This document shows positions 26,461-39,536 of a DNA stretch of 64,000 nt, one piece after another (the first letter of the stretch is position 1; every line of letters begins with the position of its first letter). Below the pieces are notes generated by a model, which ran no database searches, was not told the origin of the DNA, and saw only the letters and a program-made list of their open reading frames with translations. The position numbers were made by a program, and so were the translations under genes. The stretch is from Octopus sinensis (taxonomy: Eukaryota): positions 137,640,001 to 137,704,000 of the forward strand of contig NC_043000.1 of the NCBI RefSeq assembly GCF_006345805.1, written 5' to 3'.

Positions 26461-27152
26461 GAATAAATATTACAAATTAAATAATATTGATATGATTAAG
26501 ATGAATTAAAATGAAAACTAAAGTAAAAACTGAATTAAAAAATATATAAATTAAGAAATGAAAAATGAAAAGATAACTGAAAAAAAAATCCTTAATTAGA
26601 AATAATTACAGAACTTTAAAAAACTGAAATAAGAATTATAACACCAACTACAGCACAATAATAATAAGTAATAGCAATAATGATAATTAATAATAATAAT
26701 AATTTTAAAAATTAAGATAACGAAAATAATTAGATAAAATAATTTGATAAATAATTTGATAAAATGAATTATTAGTGTAACTACTAAATAATACTAGCTG
26801 GGTGAAATATACTAAATACACTAGACCGGGAAAGACAGACTCAACCTATTATGTTAGGGTACACAAATCAGTACGCCATTTAACTGGGAAGGTCTTCAAC
26901 AGTTTTTTTCTAAATAAATGTGTAAATGCTAGTATTAATTCATACCTTTAAAGATTGGCAGTGCCTCCTGAAAGTATAACTGGCATTTTAGTTTCCTCCT
27001 GTTATATGACAGTACGCTACATATTATAGACAATTTAGTATCATACCTAATATACTTAACTTTGAGACACGAGACAAATTCACGTAATGTGGAGATTTCA
27101 TTTTAGTTTTCTATGTTTAAACAGAGGAGGGTGACTATAAAATTTTGATATA

Positions 27153-27369
27153 TAGGAGGTGGTATTGAAAATTTGCTGGCTTTAAGTGTATAGGGAAGGG
27201 CCTGGTTGGAGGCCCAAACTTCCGGTTATTTTACAGGGCTTAGAGAAACTAAAAGACCGCTGCAATAAGCATGTGAATCTGGGAGGGGTATATGTTGAAT
27301 AAAATCATAATTAACTGATCCTATTGTATTTTCTTTTACCCAGTAAGGAACTTTTCAGAACCCGTCATG
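27153..27369 (-). mobile_element. Tc1/mariner-type MITE (second copy of the 61355 family)
   Basis: The reverse complement aligns with 61355-61569 (gaaaagttc, ggatcagttaatta, cagattca, ctaagccctgtaaaa). TA flanks both ends. Confidence 0.7.
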
Positions 27370-27650
<281 letters not shown>

Positions 27651-27844
27651 GCGTGGGTGAGTGTGTCTACGTGTGCTGATTATATATATATATATATGTG
27701 TGTGTCCTTCCTGCTATTAACATTTACTGAAAATTTATTATATCTTGAAATTGTAACATTATCATTAACTACTTAATGAGGATTAGCATAGTGAAACCGA
27801 CGACTATAGAAGTATTTCATTTCATAATATACATATATGCACGC

Positions 27845-28165
27845 ATACCTATATGCCTACCTATCTACCTACATGTCTTTCTACCTATCTACATACCCAC
27901 CTGCCTACCTACCTACCTACCTACCTACCTACCTATCTACCTACCTACTTACCTACTTACCTACCTACCTACCTACCTACCTACTTATCTACCTACCTAC
28001 TTACCTATCTACCTACCTGCCTGTCTGCCTACCTACCTACATACATACATACGTACCTACCTACCTACCTACCTATCTACCTACCTACCTACCTACCTGC
28101 CTGCTTGCCTACCTGCCTACCTACCTACATACATACCTACCTACCTACATACATACATATATACA
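27845..28165. repeat. (CCTA)n degenerate tetranucleotide satellite
   Basis: Seen directly; it generates the spurious (TYLP)n ORFs. Confidence 0.95.
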
Positions 28166-28214
28166 AGCATGCATACATACATACATACACACACACACAT
28201 ATATACACTCTCTA

Positions 28215-29020
28215 TCCATCTCTTCCAGCCACAATTCGTGGAAGAGTCCTGAGGCATATCTCGTTGGGTCCTATAAAAAGCAACTCTCTTTAGACTTTCC
28301 ATTTGAATTCCAAAGCATGACGAACTGAGACTACAGATCTAGATCTTGGTCTATCTCTAGGTTTCCTGCCGGTTTGTTAAGCTTGAAGAATTCGTCTTGC
28401 GATTCTTATTACTTATCGGTTGTACCATAGCTGTGACTTCTCAGTGCAGAGATGTCGCAACTCGACCTGGCGAGATTATCTGATCTCCACACCACCCACC
28501 CTGTTGAGTAACGTTACTGCAGATATCTTTCAGAGGAAGCATATTTCAACCATTTATATATGTGACCTTACTTTGTAGGTCACTACTCAATATTCATGAG
28601 CATAAATAAAGATAGACACGAAAACCGGACTGAACGTAGTGAGACTGGATTATTTACGAGACTCTTTTCGTTTTAGGATCGAACACTAAGGCTGATGTAG
28701 TACTGCTTTCAATCACTCGTAATATTTAAACTTCTCCATTTCTCTCAGTGATTTTCCAGGAACATGGAGTATGTACTGCGTATGCTTTCTGGTAAGGACC
28801 AAATACTCAGCCTTCGTAACACTAATACTCATATTTACGTTGCAGCAATCGGCCCATATCAATACAGTTCATAACAGTTATGAAAAGGCCGGGTAACAAT
28901 ACTTATCCCCGAAGAACTCCAACAATCTTTTTGAAATTATTGGACTTAGCAACATTTACCCGAACACTAACGTCTGGTCATTCTCATAGGAACATTATAG
29001 CAACAAGACGTTGCCCACTA
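28215..29020 (-). pseudogene. Highly decayed CR1/L2-type LINE 3' remnant
   Basis: Fragmentary translation WADCCNVNMSISVTKAEYLVLTRK...EV*ILRVI and FFKL...QFRHA resembles post-RT LINE regions. Many stops. Confidence 0.35.
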
Positions 29021-29089
29021 ATCCCAAACCACATACATACATACATACATACAAACATACATACATACATACATACATACATACATACA

Positions 29090-29123
<34 letters not shown>

Positions 29124-29159
29124 CAAACATACATACATACGTGCGTTCTTCAGCAAGAC

Positions 29160-29620
29160 ACTTTATTTCACGTTACTTCAGTTCACTCAATTGCAGAAAT
29201 GATTTGTGACGATAGGGCGGCGAGCTGGCAGAATCGTTAGCACGCCGGGCGAAATGCTTAGCGGTATTTCGTCTGCCGTTACGTTCTAAGTTCAAATTCC
29301 ACCGTGGTCGACTTTGCCTTTCATCCTTTTGGTGTTGAATAAATAAGTACGAGTTAGGCACTGGGGTCGAATTAATCGACTTAATCCGTTTGTCTATCCT
29401 AGTTTGTCCCCTTGTGGGCAATAAAGAAATATAAAATGATTTGCGACGTCACTGGTGCCAAACTGTGTCAGCTTTTGCCTTTTCTTTAGATAACATTGGA
29501 GACGTGGAGACTGGTATGCATGGGAGACGATTGGTCTTCCATAAACAACGTTGCCCGGGCTTTTGCTTCGGAGGATAATGTTCTAGGTGCAATCCCATTG
29601 TCATTTATGACATATATATT
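29160..29620 (+). mobile_element. Family C SINE-associated 3' extension, interrupted by a family A SINE
   Basis: gcgacgtcactggtgccaa...ggtcttccataaacaac is the reverse-complement homologue of 39085-39260. Confidence 0.6.
29214..29432 (+). mobile_element. SINE family A, full length
   Basis: TSD aaatgatttg(t/c)gacg at 29197-29211 and 29434-29448. Confidence 0.9.
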
Positions 29621-31087
29621 GCATTGTCTATTGCAGGTTTTCAGTAGCCCAAGTTCGTCCCTTATCGGTTAAACCTAGGATCCGAAACATTCTCTTCACG
29701 AGCATCTCATTTTCTTAATAAAAAATTATTCAAATGTATTCTGTAAGGCGGTAGAGTAAAATGTGAGACAATATCAACTGCTATGTTATGTACGCCGATG
29801 GCCCATAGCTATCGAAGCTATGCTGTATATAGTTACCCTCAGCATTGAACGACGACGAAGAAATGGTCAGATTTATAGCATTATCTTTATGTTCATTCTC
29901 TAATATCTGACTAAAGAAAACTGAATCTTTTGGGGACAGATGACAAGTAAAATGATAGAGTACTGTTCTGAAAACGGTGGAGATATCGGTGTCTCTTGTT
30001 TATCTTATTACGTCATACACAACTGTTTCTTGTTTTTACCATTGTTTTGTTTTTCTTTCCTCCTTCTCTGTTTGTCTGTTTGTCTGTCTCTCTGTCTGTC
30101 TCTCCGTCTCTCGCTTTTTCTCGCCACAAACGCATATAATATTTATCAGTAGTATAAATTTAGCTAGTATAGAGCCAAAAGTTACCGGATGGTTTCGTAA
30201 ATAATTCATCTTCCCAACAAGGAAAGAATAATTAAATACTCATCAGATATGGACGATCGAAAATGTTTAGCACGAGTTGTTTTGTACTGGAAACAGAAAA
30301 CAAAATAACCGTTTTACAAATTAAAGAGTCTTTGATTGCAGCAAAACCTGCACAAAAAATACACTCGAAAAATTACAGAACAGAATAGGTTACGGATCCA
30401 GACCTTCCAGAGTTATATCACTTAGATTGGCTACACTTGTGTGCTGGTGTAAATTAGATACTGTTTTGCATGTATTTGCGCTTCTATCATGAGAGTAAGG
30501 CGTAGGTGAGAGAGTGAGAGAGAGTAAGAGAAAGAGAGAGAGAGGTAACAGGAAAGAGGTGGAAGTTAAATAGCTAATTTGGGGATGTATGATATATGCA
30601 GGGATGTGTCTGTTAAGCACGGGAAAAGTTTTTATTTTTAATTAAAAAACAAGGTGGTGAAACGAAAGAAAAATAGAGACGAAGAGATGGAGAGAGGTAA
30701 AAGGGAAGACAGAAAAGATATGTACATAATGGAGATGTCATGGGGAGCAAAGTTTGTCAAAAACGTGCATGCAGGAAACGAAATAGATAAGAAGAGATGG
30801 AAAAATGCTCAAAAAGTGTGTCAAAACATCAGCACTTCCTGCTAAGTTGGACTTGATCAATGAGTCAAAATGCTCTTTTGCACATAAGGGCAAAGGTAAA
30901 ACAATTCTTTTTAGAGTAAAAGATGGCCCCAGATGAAAGGAATGTTGTAACGTATATTTTTCTGACTCTTTAACAATTTTGCCAAATTCGCGGTCTTAAT
31001 GAAAAGCAGTTGTACGAAACCAGAAATTGTGTGGGGAAATCTTGAGGGATAAATTTTGACTAGTTGGTTGTATTCACTCCAGATACT

Positions 31088-31320
31088 TATTTCTTTATTA
31101 CCCACAAGAGGCTAAACACAGAGGGGATAAACAAGGACAGACATAGGTATTAAGTCGATTACATCGACCCCAGTGCGTAACTGGTACTTTATTTATCGAC
31201 CCCGAGGGGATTAAAGGCAAAGTCGACCCCGGCGGATTTTGAACTCAGAACGTAACGGCAGACGAAATACCGCTAAGCATTTCGTCCGGCGCGCTAACGT
31301 TTCTGCCAGCTCGCCGCCTT
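31088..31320 (-). mobile_element. SINE family A, full length
   Basis: 15-bp TSD ttcactccagatact at 31073-31087 and 31323-31337. Confidence 0.92.
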
Positions 31321-31877
31321 TTTTCACTCCAGATACTGATTGCTTCTTTATCCTATCAATACTGTAGAATTACAGATAAATTCCACCTCCGCGGGTTTTG
31401 AACTCAGAACCTAATAAGCCGTAACTAAATAACACAAAGCATTTTGTCCGAAGCTTTCACCGTTCTGCCAATCCCTTGATTAATTGATAAAATAATTTGT
31501 ATCTCGTTCTCTATTCTTCCATTTTCTTGTTATGCACTCGTCTGTAAACCCCGCCCCCCCTGTCTCTTCTCTTCGCTCTTTACGTATAATATGTTGTACT
31601 CTACACAAAAACGGTACCCGCCCAATACTTCAGCACTAAATCAATTAGACAAGAATTGTACTTCGGTATATCACACAATTATCAGAATTGCTTCACTTCA
31701 AAGAAAAAAGTGAAAAATTCTATATATTCAAATCAGAAATATTTCATAAACATAGCCAGTTGGGAAAACTCATGGAAATTTGTATATATAAATATATATA
31801 TAAATATGTGTGTGTATGTTCGTGTGCATGTGTTTATGTGGAAGTATCTGTATGTGTATGGATGGGTATATGTATGC

Positions 31878-31926
<49 letters not shown>

Positions 31927-32798
31927 ATATATATATACATATATATGTATGTATGTAGGTATATATGTGTGTATTTGACAAAATACGCTTCCGTGTCTAG
32001 TGCTTTGTTGTTGGGAGCTATAATGTTAATATACTCGATTTTATTAAGGCAAACTATTTAGAAATTCTATATATAGTTCTTGTGAAAAGTCAGTTTATGT
32101 GAATATATTTACTACGTTATTTTATACTTCTTGCCACAGACATATAACTATTGTGTGGTATAAACACTCACAGATTTGCATCATAGCCACACACACACAC
32201 ACACAAATATTTATATGCATATAAGTAAAGGCTTTTAATCAAGATGAAAAAAATGCCAATGAAGTCTTTATTTTCAATGAATACCTTGGGAATAAGCGAT
32301 GTGACCATGTAAAGCTTGGAGGTTAAACTGAAGAAATATTTAAGAGGAAATGTTAAGTCCAACTAAAAGCCAAAATATTATATTGCCGATTGGCTTTGAT
32401 TATTCATGCCTGAAATGAAAACAGATTTATTGAATAAAACGTCTGTAGTAAATACATAAATAATGCTCGGAAAATATTGCCAGAAAAGAAATATGTATGC
32501 ACAATGACACATATCACATAAACACGACAAGGTGTTCTTATACAAACATACATACATACATATATATACATATATATACATCCAATACATGCATATATAC
32601 ATATATGCATATGTATGTGTGTCTGTATCATAAATATATATGCATATATACATATATATGTATGTACATGTGTGTATATGTGTATATATATATGTATATA
32701 TGTATATATGTACATATGTGTATATACATGTGTGTATATATATGTATATATATGCATATATATATGCATATATATATGTATATATATGCATATATATA

Positions 32799-32852
<54 letters not shown>

Positions 32853-32872
32853 GCATATATATATATATATGC

Positions 32873-32926
<54 letters not shown>

Positions 32927-33434
32927 ATATATATATATGATTTACATAAATATGTTCCGTTATATAACATAAATGAGCGGCGGTTACATGCACGTTTCGC
33001 CCTGATGACCCGTTTAGAGTGTGACAAAGGAAAAAAGATGAAAGGTTCTTAGTACTTGCAACAGATTCTTAAGGGATGCGTCGAGGTTGGGACAGGGACG
33101 TGTGAGCTGAACTATAAGGATAGCATTATTATCTTCGAATTGTTAGCAGGAGATGAAACGTTCGAAATAATAGACGGACAATGTGGTATTCCTGTGTGTA
33201 TGTATACGTGTGTATATATAAGTTAAAATGTTTGTAAATATTTGGAATGATGTATGAATATAGTGTTAGGAATATGATTGAGCCAAATGGGACTCTTTTA
33301 TCTGGAGTTTCTACACAAACAGTTTCGCATTGAACTGAATGATCACTCAATAGCTTTTAGCAGAGTATATATTATTTTTTTCTTACAAAATATGATTACG
33401 GTGACTTCGAAGTGTCAATGTGCGCTCCGTGATC

Positions 33435-33650
33435 AAGGCAGTGAACTGGCAGAAACGTTAGCAAGTCGGGCGAAATGTTTAGCGGTATTTTGTCTGTCAT
33501 TACGTTCTAAGTTTAAATTCCAGCGAGGTCGACTTTGCCTTGCATCCTTTCAGGGTCGATAAATTAAGTATCAGTTGCGTACTGGCATCGATCTAATCGA
33601 CTGTTCCACTCCCCTAAAATTTCGGGCCTTGTGCCTAGAGTAGAAAAAAA
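33435..33650 (+). mobile_element. SINE family A, short-tail variant
   Basis: Head aaggcagtgaactggcagaaacgttagc; A-rich end. Confidence 0.8.
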
Positions 33651-33679
33651 TTCGCGCGCCGTGTAGAGACTGTCTAATG

Positions 33680-34879
33680 GCAAGCATGACGAGACATACA
33701 GTCACTGTACAAGTTATAAAATGTAAATCAGCAGAAGACGTATGTTATAGAATTAGAGGAAACTTTGAAAAATAAACAAAAGAGAAACACGAATGCAAAC
33801 CAGTTTTCACTCTACGACAATGTTTTAATGTACGCGTAAAGATTGGTCGTACCAACTACACTACAGAAACGGATATTACATGAATTTCATAGTCGAAACC
33901 CGGGGATACCTGTATTGGCCGACAATACACCGGGACATAGAAAATTTGGTAAAATCATGTAGACGTTGTGCGCTAGAAGCCAAGGCACCACCGGTGAAAT
34001 ACCAATCGTGGCCTGAACGGATAGTCCGTGGTCCCGGGTAAATATAGACTACCTGGACCAGTGAATGGCGCCTAATACTTTATCTTTGTTAATAGCTTTA
34101 CCAAGTGGGCAACAGTAAAGTTTCTGCACGAACTTTTTGCTAGATACGGTATTCCCGACACCATAGTTTTGGACAATAGAACACAATTTACAGGATACCT
34201 GTTCAAGAAATTCTGCAAAATGTTTGTGACGAAACACATGTTTACCCCACCCTTCCACCCGAGGTCAAAAGGGCAAGCACAATGATTCGTAGATACGTTC
34301 AAGTGAGCGCTACAAAATGCAAGGAACGAGTTAGGAATTGACGAACCACTAATTCCGAATACCATTCCAGGCAAGTCGTCTGCAGTGCTAATATTCGCTC
34401 GAAAAATTAAATCGATCTTCGACAAATTGTTGGCAAAGTAAAAAAAAACGTATAGAGAAAATACAAAAAATTCAACTAAACATTTTAATCTCAGAGACAA
34501 TGTACATTTCAATGTATACGCGAAAGGTAAAGAGAGTTGGCAGGATGGTGCAGTGACTAAAAGAATTGGAAACATGATGTATTTAATAATGTGCCAACGA
34601 TGGCAGCATAAACGATATCTAAATCATTTAAAAATCAATCATACAGAAAAAAGAAAGGAAATCCCAATGGAAGTGTTTTACGACATGTTCGATGTTCCAG
34701 CACCGAGAAAGATTGAACCTAGAAGGAGCAGTAGCAGTAAACGTAAACAGACTGAATATTTAGAAATAATTCCTAAGCGGAAAAGGTACTGCACTCATTA
34801 AAACGGTAGAGGTGTGGGGGAAAAAAAGTAAAATAAATTTCGTTTCCTACGGAAGTCGAAATCTCAAGAGGGATGATGC
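33680..34879 (+). pseudogene. Ty3/Gypsy retrotransposon pol remnant (integrase) and polypurine tract
   Basis: Broken translation RLVVPTTLQKRILHEFH..YWPTIHRDIENLVKSCRRC (zinc-binding), PWSRVNIDY, LFARYGIPDTIVLDN..QF, FHPRSKGQA (rve core). Purine-rich aatctcaagagggatgatgc precedes TG at 34880. Confidence 0.88.
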
Positions 34880-35164
34880 TGTGGCGAGATTCACGACACT
34901 CCCTCCGAGAATAGTCTTGACCAAATGACTATAATTAGCAAGGTCTGAGTAAGAGACGGGAGAGTAGGCGTTAATCACAGGAAGCCGCAAGGTGCCCTTG
35001 TAGTGGTTTGCCAGAATATCGTTTGTTGGTTCATGGAGAGTTCGTGGAGACTTGGTGGAGATTTTGTTGGATTGTTACGTTGTTGTTACCCTGCCACATT
35101 ATGTTTTATCATACTACCCGGTATAGTGTAAACAAGTATCGTCATAATTAGTGGTGACACTACA
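34880..35164 (+). mobile_element. Probable LTR (~285 bp, TGTGGCG...CACTACA)
   Basis: Starts with TG right after the PPT and ends with CA just before a PBS-like motif; the termini are imperfectly inverted. Confidence 0.65.
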
Positions 35165-35169
35165 GTAAT

Positions 35170-35179
35170 TGGCGACGAG
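35170..35179 (+). other. Primer-binding-site-like motif TGGCGACGAG
   Basis: Complementary to a tRNA 3' end ...CUCGUCGCCA (as in tRNA-Ser(GCU)), 5 nt after the LTR end. Confidence 0.65.
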
Positions 35180-35659
35180 TAACTACGTTAGCATACATAC
35201 AAATATATGTGCAAATAGGAAAAATCCAAGGGAATAATTACAAGGTAGCTAAATGTTGCGTAAGTGTCCCAGGATTTAATTCCGGCATAGTATGTATGTG
35301 AACGTTTGTTTATGTTTATAAGTGGGAGATCGTAAACGTCTATTAGAGCAAATGTGTGTATCTGTGTGTTTGAAGTAGGAATATGTATTAGTATATGTGT
35401 AGTTATATATGCTTATGAGAGTGAGGGTGAGTTTCTAAATGTATTCTTTGAATTAACATGCTTTTAGTTCTTTGAAATAATTTCTTTCCATAACATAATA
35501 ATAATTTTCTCTTTCTGCTTTCTTTCTTTTACCACTTCTTTTTCTTTCTACCTTTACTTATTATTCTCTGATTTTCTTTTCGTTTTCTTTCTCTAGCTTG
35601 TAACAACTCTGTTGCATTTTTGAAATACACACGGAGAAGTATTACGCGCGTATATATAT

Positions 35660-35880
35660 ATCTACGTGAATAAAAGACGAAGGCAGGTGGAGTACAAACA
35701 AACAAATGTATTAGTATAGCGCTCAGGAATAGAAAAAATCTTTTATGTTTGGAGCCTACGCTCTTCGACAGAAAGATACACAGAAAAAAACAAGGAGAGA
35801 AACAAGGAGAGAAAAAAGGAGAGGAAAAAGGAGAGAAAAAATGCGTGTAGTAGCTAACGATTTACCATGGCGTCCTGACT
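35660..35880 (-). mobile_element. Short dispersed repeat with degenerate hammerhead-like motif (35740-35775)
   Basis: Homologous to 12030-12225. Minus strand reads cttt-CTGTCGA-A-GAGC-GTAG-GCTC-CAAA-CA-TA-AAAG. Confidence 0.65.
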
Positions 35881-37335
35881 TCGGACACCTATATATGGAT
35901 TTGTATGCATTTGAATATATTTATGTTTTGCCTATGATATATATATATGCAAAAGTACCTATATACACATGTACATAATAAATGTAAATGTATTTGTTAA
36001 TATAGATATATGTTTATATAAATGTATATCTATATATGTACGCTTGCATGCACACAGGCACACCCGCCGACACTCATACATGCGCACACACACATTCATA
36101 TATATATAATGACAATAAAATAATGTAGACATGAGTATACACACATATACGCTCTTACAACTTTTCGTGTATACAGTTATGAAACACTTTGTTATTTCAA
36201 ACCTATTTCCCAGGGGGCAGTCATCTAATCAGTCACTTTATAGAACCTTAATTATTTTTTACAATATTAATAAACCTTACTGAGGTTAAACTTGTACTCA
36301 TTCTAATTTTACTGAAGTTAAATTATGAAAAAAAAACCTTTTAAATTTAAAGGAATAGCGAATAGCAATATTACTTATTTCCTTCACTTTGTTTCAGTCT
36401 ACATATTTGCGAACCAACGAAATTCCTTCTACCCAGTCAAATCTAACGTGTATATGTGTATAGTGTGTGTGTGTGTGTTTATGTGCATGCGTGTGTGCGT
36501 GTGTGTGTGTGTGTGTGTTTAAAAGGAAGAACGGAAAATGGATAGAATAAAGGTTAGACCATTTCTTTTATCGTTGGTAAGGAAACCGGAACCTCTGCGG
36601 AACTTGCTACTTAAGGAAGATGATTTTCTTTTTGATAGAACTGGAGATCAAGAACAAGCCCTATCACATAGGTAGCTTAAATCACGTTAGTTAACGGCCT
36701 TCCAACTAAGTGTATATATGCATCTGCGCATACAAGTCTATTTATATAGGCATGTAAATGTAAAAGCACATAGCATAATGTTCTTAGTCTACATTGCTGT
36801 TTTTCTTGCATCATCTTCCATTTTACTTATTTGAAGTTAGTTTAACGTCTTTAAACTTTGGAGAGCTACTAATGTAGTAAAAGTGTTTTATTATATAAAT
36901 TAACTACAGTCACCCATTTATTATAAACTGCAATCAAAACTTAGAATCACTGCATCGACAAGTAAAGGCGACATTTTCTTTATCGGGAAAGAGCGTCTTG
37001 CTTGTGCGTTTGCGACAGTGAAATACCGCTACTTCTTTGGTTTCATTGATTTTGTTTCGAAAGGTAGAAAGTAGGTTTCGTAAATATGGGAGCAGTTTCG
37101 ATTCCCCAGCGTAAGTATGGGTGCTAGAATCTTCTGGTATATATTCCCCTTCTTCAGTTGTCCCGGTTTCATCTACTCCACTTCGTTCTTCGAAAAGAAG
37201 TTGGTTTCTATGTTGTTTTTTGCTTTCGGTTCTCATTGTGTTCAACGTATTTTTTAATGTTCTGTACTCATATATGCATGTGTATATATACATATATATG
37301 TAGGTATGTACATATATGTATGTATATATGCATAT

Positions 37336-37392
<57 letters not shown>

Positions 37393-37516
37393 ATATATAT
37401 AGAGAGAGAAATTAAATATAAATTACAAAATGGGACAAGAACGCAAAAACACACAAAGAGACGGCACAAAAAAACAGACGGGTCATTCGAAGCCTCTAAT
37501 CTTCAGTCGGGAACCG

Positions 37517-37588
<72 letters not shown>

Positions 37589-38654
37589 ACATATACATGC
37601 ACATATACATATATACTTATACATATAGATAATATTTTAAAATATTAATAATGAGAACACCCTCGAAAATATATGTTAATACAACATTATCAAGGTAATC
37701 TAAATTCGTGAAATTTCAACTGAACATCTGAAAAAATGTCAGCAGTTAAACCCTAACAAAAATAAACACCTAAATCAAATTCAACTTATGGCATTCATTC
37801 GTTTAACCATTAGCGACGTCATTGAATTATAATTTGAGCATTAAAAATAAAAATAACAATAAAAATAAAAATAGAAATAAAGATGAATCCAAAGTCGAAT
37901 AAAAATAAAATTTAAACGAATTTAAGAAAAGTGATTCAATTATTGGAGACTTACTCCGGTGTTACCAATGATAAAATCCAAATAAAAGATAAAAAACGCA
38001 ATATGACAATTGGAAATTTACATACAAAAATACACTTAAAATATAACATTAGAAATGTGTTTTTTATATATAATTATTAATGATGTCGATAGATGAAAAA
38101 GTATATACATTACAGACAAAAATTCAAATAAAAACTACGTATAAAAATATACATTCTGCTTAACAGAAACTTAGATACTTTACGTTGCAATGATTAATTA
38201 CCTATTTACTTTATATATTAAAGTCGTTTACATGAATTAACCTTGTTATATAATAATTGAAACATTCTTCTACTTAATAATACATACAATTATTGATGAC
38301 GTCGCTGGTTAACAAAAGAATATAAAATTACGGATAAGAGTTCTACAATATGCTTAATAGAAGCTGTGATCGTATACGTCGTGATAATTAACTATTTACT
38401 CAGTATATTAAACCCTTGTATAGGAAAATCATTATGATTAATAATTGAAATATTTGAATGTCTTTCTATATTTATGGCAACATCTTAAAGTACAGTGCCC
38501 ATTTTTAATTCGATAAAAATTATTTATAAGTAATTATAAAATCCATTTCCTTTAGATTTTTATGTTACAATATAATTGATCATAAAACTGTAACATCTAC
38601 AAATTGAGGTACATTTAGGGATAAATATTACTTGAGATTAGTAACCCGCGCCAC

Positions 38655-38725
38655 TAACAACTGGCGTAGATGTTAAGAGCGCGGGCTACTAGCCGCAAGA
38701 TTCCGAGTGTGATTCCAGGCTGTGA
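38655..38725 (+). mobile_element. tRNA-like SINE head remnant
   Basis: Box A-like tggcgtagatgtt and box B-like gagtgtgattcc, followed by (TAC)n. No CCA end or cloverleaf. Confidence 0.4.
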
Positions 38726-38753
38726 TCAGAATACTACTACTACTACTACTACT

Positions 38754-39043
38754 ACGGTACACACGCGGTCACATTTTGAATATATATATACATACGTGTA
38801 TATATATATATGCATGTATGTATCTGTATATATATATATAATGTGACCGCGTGTGTACCGTTAGCGATTTTTTCCCTCTGTCTTCCGTTCTTTGGATCTT
38901 TCCTTCTCCTATGTTTCCGACGAAGAGCTCCGCTCGAAACGTTAAACCCTCCTTTTTTCCTTCTTTCCTGAGCGTCCAATAATACTATATTTGTTCTACG
39001 TCCTCGCGTTGTTGTTTTTTTTTGTGCTTTCTTGTTTGGATTA

Positions 39044-39047
<4 letters not shown>
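38754..39047 (+). mobile_element. Short repeat with variant hammerhead-like motif (38913-38947) and 22-bp fold-back 5' end
   Basis: Homologous to 1775-2000. 38754-38775 is the reverse complement of 38840-38861. Confidence 0.75.
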
Positions 39048-39083
<36 letters not shown>

Positions 39084-39084
39084 T

Positions 39085-39536
39085 GCATGAATGACAATGG
39101 TATTGCCCCCAGAAAGTTACTCATCGAGGCACAAATCTGGGCAAGGTTGTTTATGGAAGACCAGCAGTAGTCCATGCATACCAGCCTCCCCTCTACACGC
39201 CACCGATGTTATCCAAGGGCGGGGCAAAGGCCGATACAGCTTGGCACCAGTGACGTCGCAGCTTGTCTATTAACGTGCAAGGGTGGCTGAGTACTCCACA
39301 GACACGTGTACCCATAACATAGTTTTAATGGAGATTCAGCGTGGTACAACAGAAATAGGTAGAAGGAGTGAGAGAAACTGAGGTGATAGAGGAGAGCAGG
39401 GTACCTCCGGAGTCTCGTGGAGCCTTAGGTGTTTTTGCTCAATAAACAATCACAATGCCCTGTGTGGGAATTGAAATCGCGATCCTACGACCGCGTGTCT
39501 CTTTCCCTAACAACCACTGCGCCATTGCACCTCCAT
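39085..39536 (-). mobile_element. SINE family C with 3' extension
   Basis: The head at 39415-39536 matches 44340 and 59814. 39270-39350 matches the 59814 tail, and 39085-39260 matches 29440-29620. Confidence 0.7.

Noticed and set aside
32985-33035. CTGATGA near acgtttcg as a hammerhead
   Set aside because: CTGATGA and the GAAACG motif are on opposite strands, and no stem I/II pairing can be built on either strand.
37470-37520. Minus-strand CTGAAGA...GAAT...TC between (TA)n tracts
   Set aside because: GAAA is altered and stems I and II do not pair.
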